DNA of 64,000 nt, taken from Phyllobates terribilis (Eukaryota). Every line of letters starts with the position of its first letter. Within the stretch, counting starts at the first letter, position 1. The stretch spans positions 44,826,001 through 44,890,000 of the forward strand of contig NW_027362767.1 in NCBI RefSeq assembly GCF_046119375.1. The letters run 5' to 3'. The position numbers were made by a program, and so were the translations under genes. This document shows positions 24,537 through 35,270 of this stretch, piece by piece. The notes beneath the pieces were generated by a model. That model was given only the letters and a program-made list of their open reading frames with translations. It was not told the origin of the DNA and did not search any database.

Positions 24537-27438
24537 TTACAGTAGAAACTTTTAAGTATTGTCTTTCAGCAGGCTTCCTGCGGCGGTCCAGGCACTGTTG
24601 CTTAAGCTGACAGCTTGCTGCCCACTGATTGGCTTGGGTGGGACTACGGCAGCCAGTAGTACTCAACCATTTGGCAGCTTTTCTACATACTTCTGTATAC
24701 ACGGTCACGGGAAGTCTATGCCAGGAAGGTCAAGCTCTGCAGCATCTGGCAGAACAGCACAAAGTTCCATCGGCTTTATATAGCTGCTAATGGGAGATGG
24801 CAAAATAGCAGCAGAAAGACATACAGATAGTTGTTTTACTGTTAGTATATTCCTTCATTTCTGTTTCATTAATGTACCCTACGTGTGTTGTGTTTTTTTT
24901 TTTTTTTTTTTCCCTACCGATCTCCCCTCATAGGAAAATGATTTTTGCAGTAATCATCTGATTTTCTAGTGACTTGCAACATTGCACAGCTGAATATACC
25001 TGTCTATAATACTGATCTAGAGTTTGCCAGGTGACGGGAGAAGCAGGAGGTTGTTCCACGGCAAGTGGTTGTAAAATTGCAGAAATGGCATCATTCAGTG
25101 TTTCTTTATAGAGGAAAAGAGATGCAAGTTACCATTTTAACATCTCACTTCTGAGAAAATCCTCAAATCTCCAATGAGCAAGTATAATGGTGAACGTAAT
25201 GGAATACAAATGCAATCGCTTATTCTGATGAAGTACTAATCTTGTGGCTTATAATTGACTTGATAATGGTAATTTTGTGGATAAAAACAAAAAACCATTC
25301 TCTTTTGAGGTGAATTTCTCAATGGTTAGTTTTTTTTTTTTTTTAATGTATTGCAGCATTTTCAGCACATTACATAAGTTACTGTCGCCTTTTGCCATCT
25401 GTTAGATTGTGGAAGGATGTTGTCATTACGACAGTCACTTCTCCACCAGCCATGTCCCTGTATCAATGCAGAGTAGATGATGATTACCTTATTACAATTT
25501 ATTCCCCCAATCTTACAAAGTGTGATTGCTGCTATGTCGTTGGTGTGAACTATCCTCTTTACTGCTACCATGTTAGCACGTATTCCCATTACAAGGGGGA
25601 GTTGTAACTGCACTTGTCATTGTGCTGCATCCCTTAAATATGGTAGCAGAATAGTGCCGTTTAGAGGGGTGTTGATATAGCCTATGGATAAAATAAAATT
25701 TTAATACAGCTGATTAATACAAAGCCGTCCGAAGCTCGACAACAATCTCTGTAGTCAATTTTGACCAGCTTAATTATATCCGATCACTATAAGACTGTGT
25801 GCACACCATTTTTTTGAGGTGTCTTAAACCTGGTCCGTTCCAATTGCTTGGTAGGAAAAAATGTCACTATTTTCAAGCTTCTACTGATGTAAAATGCTGC
25901 AATCTATCCACTGTCCATCAGAAGGCTACAAAAGAAACACTTTTGGTGGCAAAAACTGTTTAGAGTATGTGCACACTTAATTTTCAGGTGGATTCTGTCT
26001 GGAACCTGCTGAAAAATAAGAGGAAAAAAACAAAATGAACACATGCCCAGCAATGTCAAAATGACTTGCTGTGCATTTGTTACGTATTTTGTCACTTCTT
26101 TTAACGGCTTAGAAAGCCATGGAGTGGATAAGTGACCTGTCTGTTTTTTTTTAAATTTTTTTTTGTGACTTCTGCTTGGAAGCAGCCACTTTTTTTACCT
26201 TCTATATAAAATGTGTGCCAAAAAACATCTAGAAAGATGCTTCAGGCATAAAACCACCACCATTTTCCTATAGCAAACGTGATGTGGGTACGACAGGGTC
26301 TAAAAGAGTTTTTGGAGCTGAAGTTGAGTGGAAACACTCAAATGTCTTCTAACAGCAACCAAAATAACAGACAAACCTCCTCAAACTTGGGGTTTCTGCT
26401 GCGAAAAATGAGCAAAAGACTGTGCACAAACCCTTTTATGCTTTAAAAACTCTTCAAAACTGCGTCAGGAATCTAAGAAATCCTCCAAAAACTCTCCAAA
26501 GGGAAGTTTTCTAGCAGAATCCAGTCATTTTTTTGACTTCTAAAAAACTTTGTATCCACATACCCTAAGAGCCCTCAGTAGATGTGCATGGACGATACCC
26601 TCGTGATCATGGCCTTCATTTAAAATGACACAGGGGAAGATTTGCAAAATGCACCACAATTCTGGTTTAGAAACATATGCATTTTAGACACTGGTTATAG
26701 GCAGTCTTAAAAAGAGTGCAGCAAAACAGTCTCCTAAAATGAGTCCGGTTTATTAATGGTGTGCACCGTTAATTTCACGTGTAAAGAAAGTCGGCCAGAA
26801 GTTGGCGCAAGGAAAATGTTGAAGTTTCCCACAGCGTGCACCAGTGTGATAAAATTATAGGAGTATTCCCACATCCAAGAACCTATCCCAATATGTAGTA
26901 GATGTAATATAAGCAAATACCTTCAATTAGTAATGTAGTGTAGTTCTCCTGATTCACTATGTTGCTTACCCCATGTGTAGGGCATTGCAGTAGCTTAGGT
27001 ATCACCATGGTTTGGACCACTAAAAACTAACTGACTGTCACTATATATGTGGTTGTAACCATGGATATCTAAGCAATTGCAATGTCCTGCACTTGGGGAA
27101 AGCGACAGTGTATCAGAAGAACTATACTACACTTCTTATTGGATGTATTTGCTAATATTAATGATATTATTCCATCTACTATATATTGCGATAGGATCTT
27201 GGAGATGGGAATACCCCTTTCTGTCTTTTGTGTTTAGTTTTATGTTGTTTAAATGTAGGACAGGATTAATATAAATTGCTCCAGTTTGTAGGATTATGTG
27301 GTAAAAAGGACCACACAGGGCCAGGTGTGTATTAATTTGCCCCATGAGGGGACTTCCAGAGGAGGGTTGGGAGGTATGATGTTTATTGCGACCATAAGTG
27401 GTATTATTGAGCATGTCTAATGTTCTATTTATTTATAG

Positions 27439-27485
27439 ACCCAAAGCGGTAAAGAGGCCGTTGAATCCTCTGGCGTCTGGACGAG
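27439..27485 (+). CDS. ERO1A: ERO1A exon 8 (PKAVKRPLNPLASGR)
   Basis: TAG acceptor, GTAAAT donor, 47 nt. Confidence 0.95.
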
Positions 27486-28415
27486 GTAAATAAGGGATCT
27501 GTTTTGCTAGGCCTCAGGCCTAAACATTGTTCTAAGAAACCATGTCAGTGTTGCCCATAGCAACCAATCAGATTCAAGCTTTCAGTTTTCCAGGGAAGGG
27601 TTTGAAAATATAAGCAGGGATCTGATTGGTCGCTGTGGGCAACACTAACCTTTTCTTCTTTTTGAGGCCTAATGTGATTTCTGGTATTATGACAGGAAAT
27701 AGTTTTGTCCAAGCAGCAGAGATAATGGCAGCTGGTGACACGAGATGTAATCTTATGTAGTCACATAGCATTCCTATTTATTTATAGTCCCCACAGTAAA
27801 TATAATAAAATTTATAAGATTGGCGTCCACTTAAGGTTTCATTCAAGTGTCCATTGTTTTTAACATTTTTATTTTTTTTTCCCTACGGCTAGAAGGCGTA
27901 CGCATTATAGTACATGGGGCTGTTCATGTTGGTGTCTTTGCATGAAACATTTGTCCACCAAAATAAATGGATTAAACTGAGACAGCTGTGTTTTTTTCTT
28001 TTTTTTTTTTTTCATCCGAGTCACAGATCAAAATTGCCCTTACAAGTCTATGGGTCCATAAAAATCTGGGGAAAGATGGGGTAGCAATCAATATGACTGC
28101 GATCACTGCCTCTACTGGGATAGTCACCCATAGTCTCACGTGGAAATGTGCCATCGAGTAGCCATGGGCAAGTTGCTTAGATCTAGAGTGGTAGGACCTG
28201 ATGAACCTACCGCTATTGTCCTAGGTTTATACAGAGGTGGCAAGTTGTGTTTTCTGGAAAGAAGCCGAGCTTGCCGCCCGAGGCGAGGTTCTCGCAGGTG
28301 TTGCCCATTGTTTTTATGGGATGTTTGTTACACAATAAATAGAAGAATACGCTGTGTCATACAACCACTATTATATGGCTGTGGTCTGATATATTTTTCT
28401 TTCTTTTTCTTTCAG

Positions 28416-28427
28416 GTGAAAACGACG
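28416..28427 (+). CDS. ERO1A: ERO1A exon 9, 12-nt microexon (G-E-N-D-E junction)
   Basis: Long pyrimidine tract, TTCAG|GTGAAAACGACG|GTAAGG; phase 1-1 fits exons 8 and 10. Confidence 0.85.
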
Positions 28428-29394
28428 GTAAGGAGAATATAATCTAATATTGAGCCTATTTCCAAGAATCTTTCAATATGAGTCGGTTTCTGCTGAAAAG
28501 CTCAGGTTTTCTTGAATTTGCCTCCAGCTACTGAGAACCTGTTCACACACTCAGGATTTGACAATTAGATCAATTCAGAAAATTCATATTAAAACTGCAA
28601 TTAAACATGTTTATGGTTTTGAACCCCCCCCCCCCCCGTCCTCCGGCTGCAGTTTTTTTATTTTTTAAAATACTGTCCTTTACTCCTCCTCCTCAGTTCC
28701 AGTTCAGGGCTGCTCCTGGTATCTGTTGTATCTTAGCGCAGACATCGCATCTGCAGTCAATCACTGAATTTAGCGGCACAAGACACTGAGCTCACTGACT
28801 GGCTGCAGTGCAGGCAAGAACCTACATCTGGAGCAGTGGCAGAGACTGTGCTGGACCCGGGGAGGGTGAGTAAAGAACTTTTAATTTTTCCAAACCGGAA
28901 AACCCTTGTAATCTGCATCTAATGCAAATTTTTGTCTGTTAAAAAAAAAAAAAATGAATGTGGAAGTAGCATTGCTCATCTCACAGATGCTGCATGCAGA
29001 ACCGGGCTGACTAGCAGCATTAGTTTGCACCTCTGTGCCAAAGTTCTAGTGTCGCCTTGGATTTCTGCCTGAAATCCTCTAGTTAGTAAATAGCTTTTGG
29101 ATTTCCTGACTTCTTTTCCGTGACAATACCTTTATATATGACCTGGTTTTGCTAAGTATGTAAGGTATCCTGTATCAATAGAATAGGAAACAAATTGGTT
29201 GTTGGTGGAGGAGGCACCTCTTCTGCTCCATTCATCATCTTAAGGGCTTGTTCACACATTGCACTTCTGCAGTATTTTTCAACAGCACGGTCATCTGAAC
29301 AGTCCAATGGAGCAACAGTGGTCAATGTGCTGTCCATGTGAAATGTGCGTATGTGTAATATACACATATACATACAGCATATATATATTATATA

Positions 29395-30992
29395 CAGTGG
29401 GGAAAAAAAGTATTTATTCAGCCACCAATTGTGCAATTCTCCCACTTAAAAAGATGAGAGAGGCCTGTAATTGACATCATAGGTCGACCTCAACTATGAG
29501 ACAAAATGAGAAAACAAATCCTGAAAATCACATTATCTGATTTGGAAAGAATTTTTTTTCAAATTTAGGTGGAAAATAAGTATTTGGTCAATTACAAAAG
29601 TTCATCTCAATACTTTGTATCCTTTGTTGGCAATGACGGAGGTCAAACGTTTTCTGTAAGTCTTCACAAGGTTGGCACACACTGTTGCTGGTATGTTGGC
29701 CCATTCCTCCATGCAGATCTCCTCTAGAGCAGTGATGTTTTGGGGCTGTCGGTGGGCAACACGGACTTTCAACTCCTTCCAAAGGTTTTCTATAGGGTTT
29801 AGATCTGGAGACTGGCTAGGCCACTCCAGGACCTTGAATGCTTCTTATGAAGCCACTCCTTCGTTGTCCTGGCGGTGTGCTTGTAATCATTGTCATGCTT
29901 AAAGACCCAGCCATGTTTCATCTTCAGTTCCCTTGCTGATTGAAGGAGGTTTGCACTCAAAATCTCACGATACATGGCCCCATTCATTCTTTCATGTACA
30001 CGGATCAGTTGTCCTGGTCCCTTGGCAGGGAAACAGCCCCAAAGCATGATGTTGCCACCCCCATGCTTCACAGTAGGTATGGTGTTCATTTGGATGCAAC
30101 TCGGCATTCTTTCTCCTCCAAACACGACGAGTTGTGTTTCTACCAAACAATTCTACTTTGGTTTCATCTGATCATATGACATTCTCCCAATACTCTTCTG
30201 GATCATCCAAATGCTCTCTAGCAAACTTCAGATGGGCCCTGACATGTAATGGCTTAAGCAGGGGGACACGTCTGGCACTGCAGGATCTGAGTCCCTGGCG
30301 GTGTAGTGTGTTACTGATGGTAGCCTGTGTAACGTTGGTCCCAGCTCTCTGCAGGTCATTCACTAGGTCCCCCTTGTGGTTCTGGGATTTTTGCTCACTG
30401 TTCTTGAGATCATTTTGACCCCACGGGGTGAGATCTTGTGTGGAGCCCCAGATCGAGGGAGATTATCAGTGGTCTTGTATGTCCCATTTTCTAATTATTG
30501 CTCCCACAGTTGATTTCTTCACACCAAGCTGTTTGCCTATTGCAGATTCAGTCTTCCCAGCCTGGTGCAGGGCTACAATTTTGTTTCTGGTGTCCTTCGA
30601 TAGCTCTTTGGTCTTCACCATAGTGGAGTTTGGAGTGTGACTGTATGAGGTTGCGGACAGGTGTCTTTTATGCTGATAACAAGTTCAAACAGCTGCCAGT
30701 ACTACAGGTAATGAGTGGAGGACAGAGGAGCCTCTTAAAGAAGTTGTTACAGGTCTGGGAGAGCCAGAAATCTTGCTTGTTTGTAATTGTACTTATTTTC
30801 CACCAGAATTAAAAAAAAAAAAAAAAAAAAAAATTCTTTCCAAATCCGACAATGTGATTTTCAGGGTTTGTTTTCTCACTTTGTCTCTCATAGTTGAGGT
30901 CTACCTAGGATGTCAATTACAGGCCGACCTCATCTTTGTAAGTGGGAGAACTTGCACAATTGGTGGCTGACTAAATACTTTTTACACACGTG
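29395..30992 (-). mobile_element. Tc1/mariner DNA transposon, degenerate transposase (ATG 30621 to ~29606), ERO1A intron 9
   Basis: ~200-bp TIRs (CAGTGGGGAAAAAAAGTATTTATTCAGCCACCAATTG and its inverse); TA flanks; [38 protein letters not shown] motifs; many frameshifts. Confidence 0.95.
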
Positions 30993-31351
30993 TATACATG
31001 CACACGCGCACACACATACATGCGTGCATATATACATAAATTATATAATATATATATATATTATTTCTTAGGACAGCACTTGGTCTAAAAATACGGTTGT
31101 GTGCACGTAGCCTTTTATATAGCTTAAAAGTATATCGCCATCTGCTGGCTGACTGGTGTATTGCATACTTTTAAACCTAGTAGATTGATTCTGATTGCTA
31201 ATCTCACACAAGTGTTTTTACTGAAATGTTTTAATGTCCATGTGATTTGCAAGCTCCAGATTGACTAATAAGAATTGTATTTGGACTGGATAATGATTTC
31301 ATCCCAGTGCTCATTATGTTCATCTGACCATTTTTACTGCTCTTTTTGCAG

Positions 31352-31378
31352 AGGTCATGTTTTACAGCTGGTTGGAAG
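31352..31378 (+). CDS. ERO1A: ERO1A exon 10 (EVMFYSWLE)
   Basis: CAG acceptor, GTAGGT donor, 27 nt. Confidence 0.93.
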
Positions 31379-31697
31379 GTAGGTCCACTAGATTTGTAAA
31401 TTAAACTTTTATATATTTATAGTGCACCCTACTCCTTTGTTATCGATGGAGCCCAACTCTCGATATTTAATGTCCTACAAGTAAAGAAATTGTCTGGTCC
31501 TCTTTCAGTGAGCCGATCTCACTATGGAGGATCGTGGCTACTCATCCAGCGTAGACCACGTGTATACAGTAGGGACAGACAAACTCCATTTGATTATTGT
31601 ATCCTGGATTTGGTGCAGGTTTGACTTAGTTTTGCATTCTACATGGATGGGTTTATTTATTTTTTTTGGATATGTAAACTTTTTTGTGTCCGTTCAG

Positions 31698-31790
31698 GTC
31701 TGTGTGTTGAGAAGAGGGCTTTCTACCGGCTCATTTCAGGATTACATGCCAGCATCAATATTCACCTCAGTGCACGATATCTGCTGCAAG
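31698..31790 (+). CDS. ERO1A: ERO1A exon 11 ([31 protein letters not shown])
   Basis: CAG acceptor, GTAAAG donor, 93 nt. Confidence 0.97.
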
Positions 31791-31811
31791 GTAAAGACTG
31801 TGCCAGCCTAA

Positions 31812-32014
31812 GGCCACCGCTCCACTATCAGTATTTGGTCAGTATTTTTTCTCAGGAGTGGGAGCCTAAACCAAGTGAGGAACAATCAGAGACAAGGTAT
31901 AATAGAAACAAGTCACCAATTCTGCATTTATCACCCACTCCTGGTTTTGTCTCCCACTCCTGAGAAAAAATACTGACCGAATACTGAACAAATACTGATA
32001 GTGGGGCCGTGGCC
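31812..32014. mobile_element. Tourist/Harbinger-type MITE with TAA target-site duplication, ERO1A intron 11
   Basis: TAA|GGCCACCGCTCCACTATCAGTATTTG ... CAAATACTGATAGTGGGGCCGTGGCC|TAA; inner arms CTCAGGAGTGGGAG / CTCCCACTCCTGAG. Confidence 0.8.
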
Positions 32015-32148
32015 TAAGGGCTAAAAGATGACTGTTGTATATAACCACATTGTATCCTATCTCTTCATGGTGGTGACGATGGCTTTACCTCCACATTGGA
32101 GTGTAACACTCCCGATTTAATTGCCCTGTGATTTATGTTCTTGTTCAG

Positions 32149-32395
32149 ACACGTGGATGAATAAAATCTGGGGCCACAATATCACAGAATTTCAGATCCG
32201 CTTTGATGCTGCACAGACTCAGAATGAAGGCCCGAGAAGACTGAAAAACTTGTATTTCATCTATTTAATTGAGCTCCGAGCAATTTCCAAGGTGCTGCCC
32301 TTCTTTGAGCGTCAGTCTTATTTGCTGTATACAGGAAACAAAACACAAGACCTGAAAACAAAGAACCTTCTGCTCGATATTCTCCGGGAAGCCAA
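32149..32395 (+). CDS. ERO1A: ERO1A exon 12 ([15 protein letters not shown]...LLDILREAK)
   Basis: CAG acceptor, GTAAGT donor, 247 nt. Confidence 0.97.
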
Positions 32396-32684
32396 GTAAG
32401 TCCTGCCGTGCTCACGGGGGCTTTGTGACCCTCACGGGGGGCTTTGCCTTCTGCATCAGAGCTTTGTATGCCCTGCAGGAAGATTATACTCCATAGCTCT
32501 GGGTAGTTGGATAGGTATTATATCCAGTGAGTTCAGGATGGTCCAGGACACACCAGTGTGGTGGACTGTAGCCCATTCACAGTATGTTGTGTGTGGTGTT
32601 TTTTTGTATATAGCACTAACCTATTCAATAGCGATGTATTCTCTTCTGAAATAAATCACTGCCTCTTCTTCCCATTTATTGTAG

Positions 32685-32754
32685 AGATTTTCCTCTGCAC
32701 TTTGATGAAAACTCCCTTTTTGCTGGGGATAAGAAGCAAGCCGACAGATTAAAG
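32685..32754 (+). CDS. ERO1A: ERO1A exon 13 ([23 protein letters not shown])
   Basis: TAG acceptor, GTAAAT donor, 70 nt. Confidence 0.96.
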
Positions 32755-33491
32755 GTAAATGAATAGCGAGCTCTTCAGTCACCGACCTGCACAAAGGACA
32801 AGGCTGATGCAGTTTTGTGTTTTGATCACATGAATGCTGAAGTCCCTACTATCCTACTACTATTTGGATAGACTGCACCTGCAGAACCGGTCATTTGATT
32901 TATGTTGCCCAAACCACAGGTTGCATTAATCGGAGCCTTTCTGCACTATTGCAGCCAAGTGTGTCTTATTCTAAAACGCTTTGACGTTTCAGAGGAACAA
33001 CGGTTTGAATAGCCGACCGGGGACCGCAGGGACAGACGAGATGAGTCCGATGTGGTTCCTGGCCAGATTCTCCGTGCCCCGTCCAAATGATTGACAGGTC
33101 TCTCTCTGTGCACAAATGAATGATCTGTCAGTCACCTTGAGCAGTGTGGAAAGAATCCAGCTAGGGACAGTATCGGACTAGTCACATCTCTCCCTATGAT
33201 CCCCGGCCGGCTCTTCACACTGTTTTTTCTGAAACGCCAAAGTATGTCAGAGTTGAACATATCTGGCTGCACTTGTGGTTTGAGCAGCGTGAATTAAGTG
33301 ACAGGTTCCTTATAAGACTGCATTTACATGTTGTGCTACAGCATGCCGGAGCGCCGCAACACCCACTTGCAGAGGCAAATATGCTCCTGAGTTTGCAGGT
33401 AACAACTCGGTCATGCCACCAGTTCATGCACTCATGTGTGGTCGTGGCTGTTGGGTGCATACAGCAGTTGCATCATGTGATGTCCGCACAA

Positions 33492-33777
33492 GGCCTCATT
33501 CAGACATCCATGATTTTTCTCACACATAATACCACGGACCATCGTTAATCAGTGTTTTGCTTTCAGAAGCTTCAGCCGTTATTTTTTATTTTTTTTAATG
33601 CGTGGAAAAAAATAAAAATAAAATCTATAATTTTCAGTTTTTCCTGTACATTGCAATGTTGCTCAGACGGCACACGGACTGTACACTGATGCCATCCATG
33701 TGCGGTCTGTGATTTTTCATGGACCCATAGACTTGTTTGGGTAATTTTCTTTTCTTGACCTGGATCAAAAATCTCCT

Positions 33778-33809
<32 letters not shown>

Positions 33810-33923
33810 GGGTTTTCTTTCTGACACATGAACTGCTCCATACAATTATAAGGGATACGTACTCTGTCTGTCTATTAAAAAAACACGGCTAGAGCTGTGA
33901 AGAACGGACGTATGAATGAGCAC
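33492..33923. mobile_element. Degraded Harbinger-type MITE, ERO1A intron 13
   Basis: Imperfect TIRs GGCCTCATTCAGACATCC / GGACGTATGAATGAGCAC followed by TAA. Confidence 0.5.
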
Positions 33924-34087
33924 TAAAGGAGTTGTCCTGGTCCAATTGGGTCCAAGCCTGGTCGTACTTTAAAATGGGTAGATGAGCATTACCTGCCTGT
34001 GGACACCCCTTCTGCTCCAGTGCTGCCTCCCCACTACTAACCCAACTGGTTTTCCTGTCCATATGATGACTCTTTTATCTCCTATAG

Positions 34088-34174
34088 GACGACTTCCGAC
34101 AGCACTTCCGAAATATCTCTAGGATAATGGACTGTGTTGGCTGCATTAAATGTCGGCTTTGGGGGAAGCTGCAG
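34088..34174 (+). CDS. ERO1A: ERO1A exon 14 ([29 protein letters not shown]; CxxCxxC active site)
   Basis: TAG acceptor, GTGGGT donor, 87 nt; Ero1 signature [16 protein letters not shown]. Confidence 0.98.
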
Positions 34175-34479
34175 GTGGGTGGTCTGACATAGGATGCTAC
34201 ATTTTGGTTTGGGCCTTACATCTGAAGTCAGTGTGGTGTAGTGTGTGTAGTTTTTTTTGGGGGGGGGGGATTTTACTGCATCTGCTGGGATGTTTCTCTG
34301 CTGCACTTCGTGGATGGATCTGCTGTTGGCTGCAGTTCTCCATCTTTGTTACTGGGCCCCTCCGGGCTACTTTCTGTTCCCTGTAGATCACATTATCCTA
34401 TAGTCATCCACTATCCTCCGTCCAGCAGCAGCGTGGCAGTAAAGTTATGGTTCACTAATTTCCGTTCTCCTTCCCGCAG

Positions 34480-34613
34480 ACTCAGGGGTTGGGTACAGCA
34501 CTAAAAATCCTTTTCTCAGAAAAACAACTTCAGCGCATGCCGGAGACCGGACCTTCATATGGATTCCACCTAAAGCGTCAGGAGATCGTGGCTCTTCTCA
34601 ATGCTTTCGGCAG
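34480..34613 (+). CDS. ERO1A: ERO1A exon 15 ([15 protein letters not shown]...ALLNAFGR)
   Basis: CAG acceptor, GTGGGT donor, 134 nt. Confidence 0.97.
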
Positions 34614-35052
34614 GTGGGTGCTTCCTCGTCTAAGGGGCAAAGTTAGTTAACGGTGTATTAGAGCCCTCCTGGGAGATTGTAAGCTGATGGATGTCAATAA
34701 GATGGTTCCCAGTCCCTGATGGCAAGCTTAGATCCTAAAAGTAACGAGGCATGACGCATACTAGAAAGTTCCAAAACTTTTCATTTCCTGTAAATCAGTT
34801 TTTATAGATACTGGAGTCTTAGACCCTTCAAAAACCACACCATTATTTATCCTGTAGGGTGAAAAAAATATAATTGCTGTTCTTTTTTGTTTTTTTTGCT
34901 CATCCAGCCTGTTTTTAAGAGCGGAGTTTTTGTTTGTCCCCCCCTACTCCCCAAACATGATCAGAAACCTATTTTAGATCAGTATGCTGCTATATCAGTG
35001 TATTTATACTTGTTATATTATTTGCACATTGAGCCTTTTTTTTTTCTCGCAG

Positions 35053-35110
35053 GATTTCTACAAGTATAAAGGAGTTAGAAAACTTTAAAAGACTTCTACA
35101 AGACGTGTGA
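35053..35110 (+). CDS. ERO1A: ERO1A exon 16, coding part (ISTSIKELENFKRLLQDV*)
   Basis: CAG acceptor; TGA at 35108-35110. Confidence 0.96.
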
Positions 35111-35264
35111 CCAGAACTGGAAGAGGATCCAGGAGGACAGAACTTTTTTTGCACTATCGAGGCCCCTCTACATGTTTGACAATAACTCTTGGTCAAAGTC
35201 TGAGAATTTTTACATTCTCTCTGTGAAAACTGATCCTTGAAGGACCTGCCTGTGTATATTGTAA

Positions 35265-35270
35265 AATAAA
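35265..35270 (+). other. Candidate proximal polyadenylation signal of ERO1A
   Basis: First AATAAA 155 nt after the stop codon; usage cannot be shown from sequence. Confidence 0.4.

Larger units (their letters stand above)
9989..35110 (+). other. ERO1A: ERO1A gene span (ER oxidoreductin 1 alpha), 16 coding exons, 1401-nt CDS, 466 aa
   Basis: All 15 introns GT-AG with consistent phases; CDS sums to 1401 nt ending in TGA; RLGAVDESLS and linkage to GPR137C favour the alpha paralogue over ERO1B. Confidence 0.97.
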
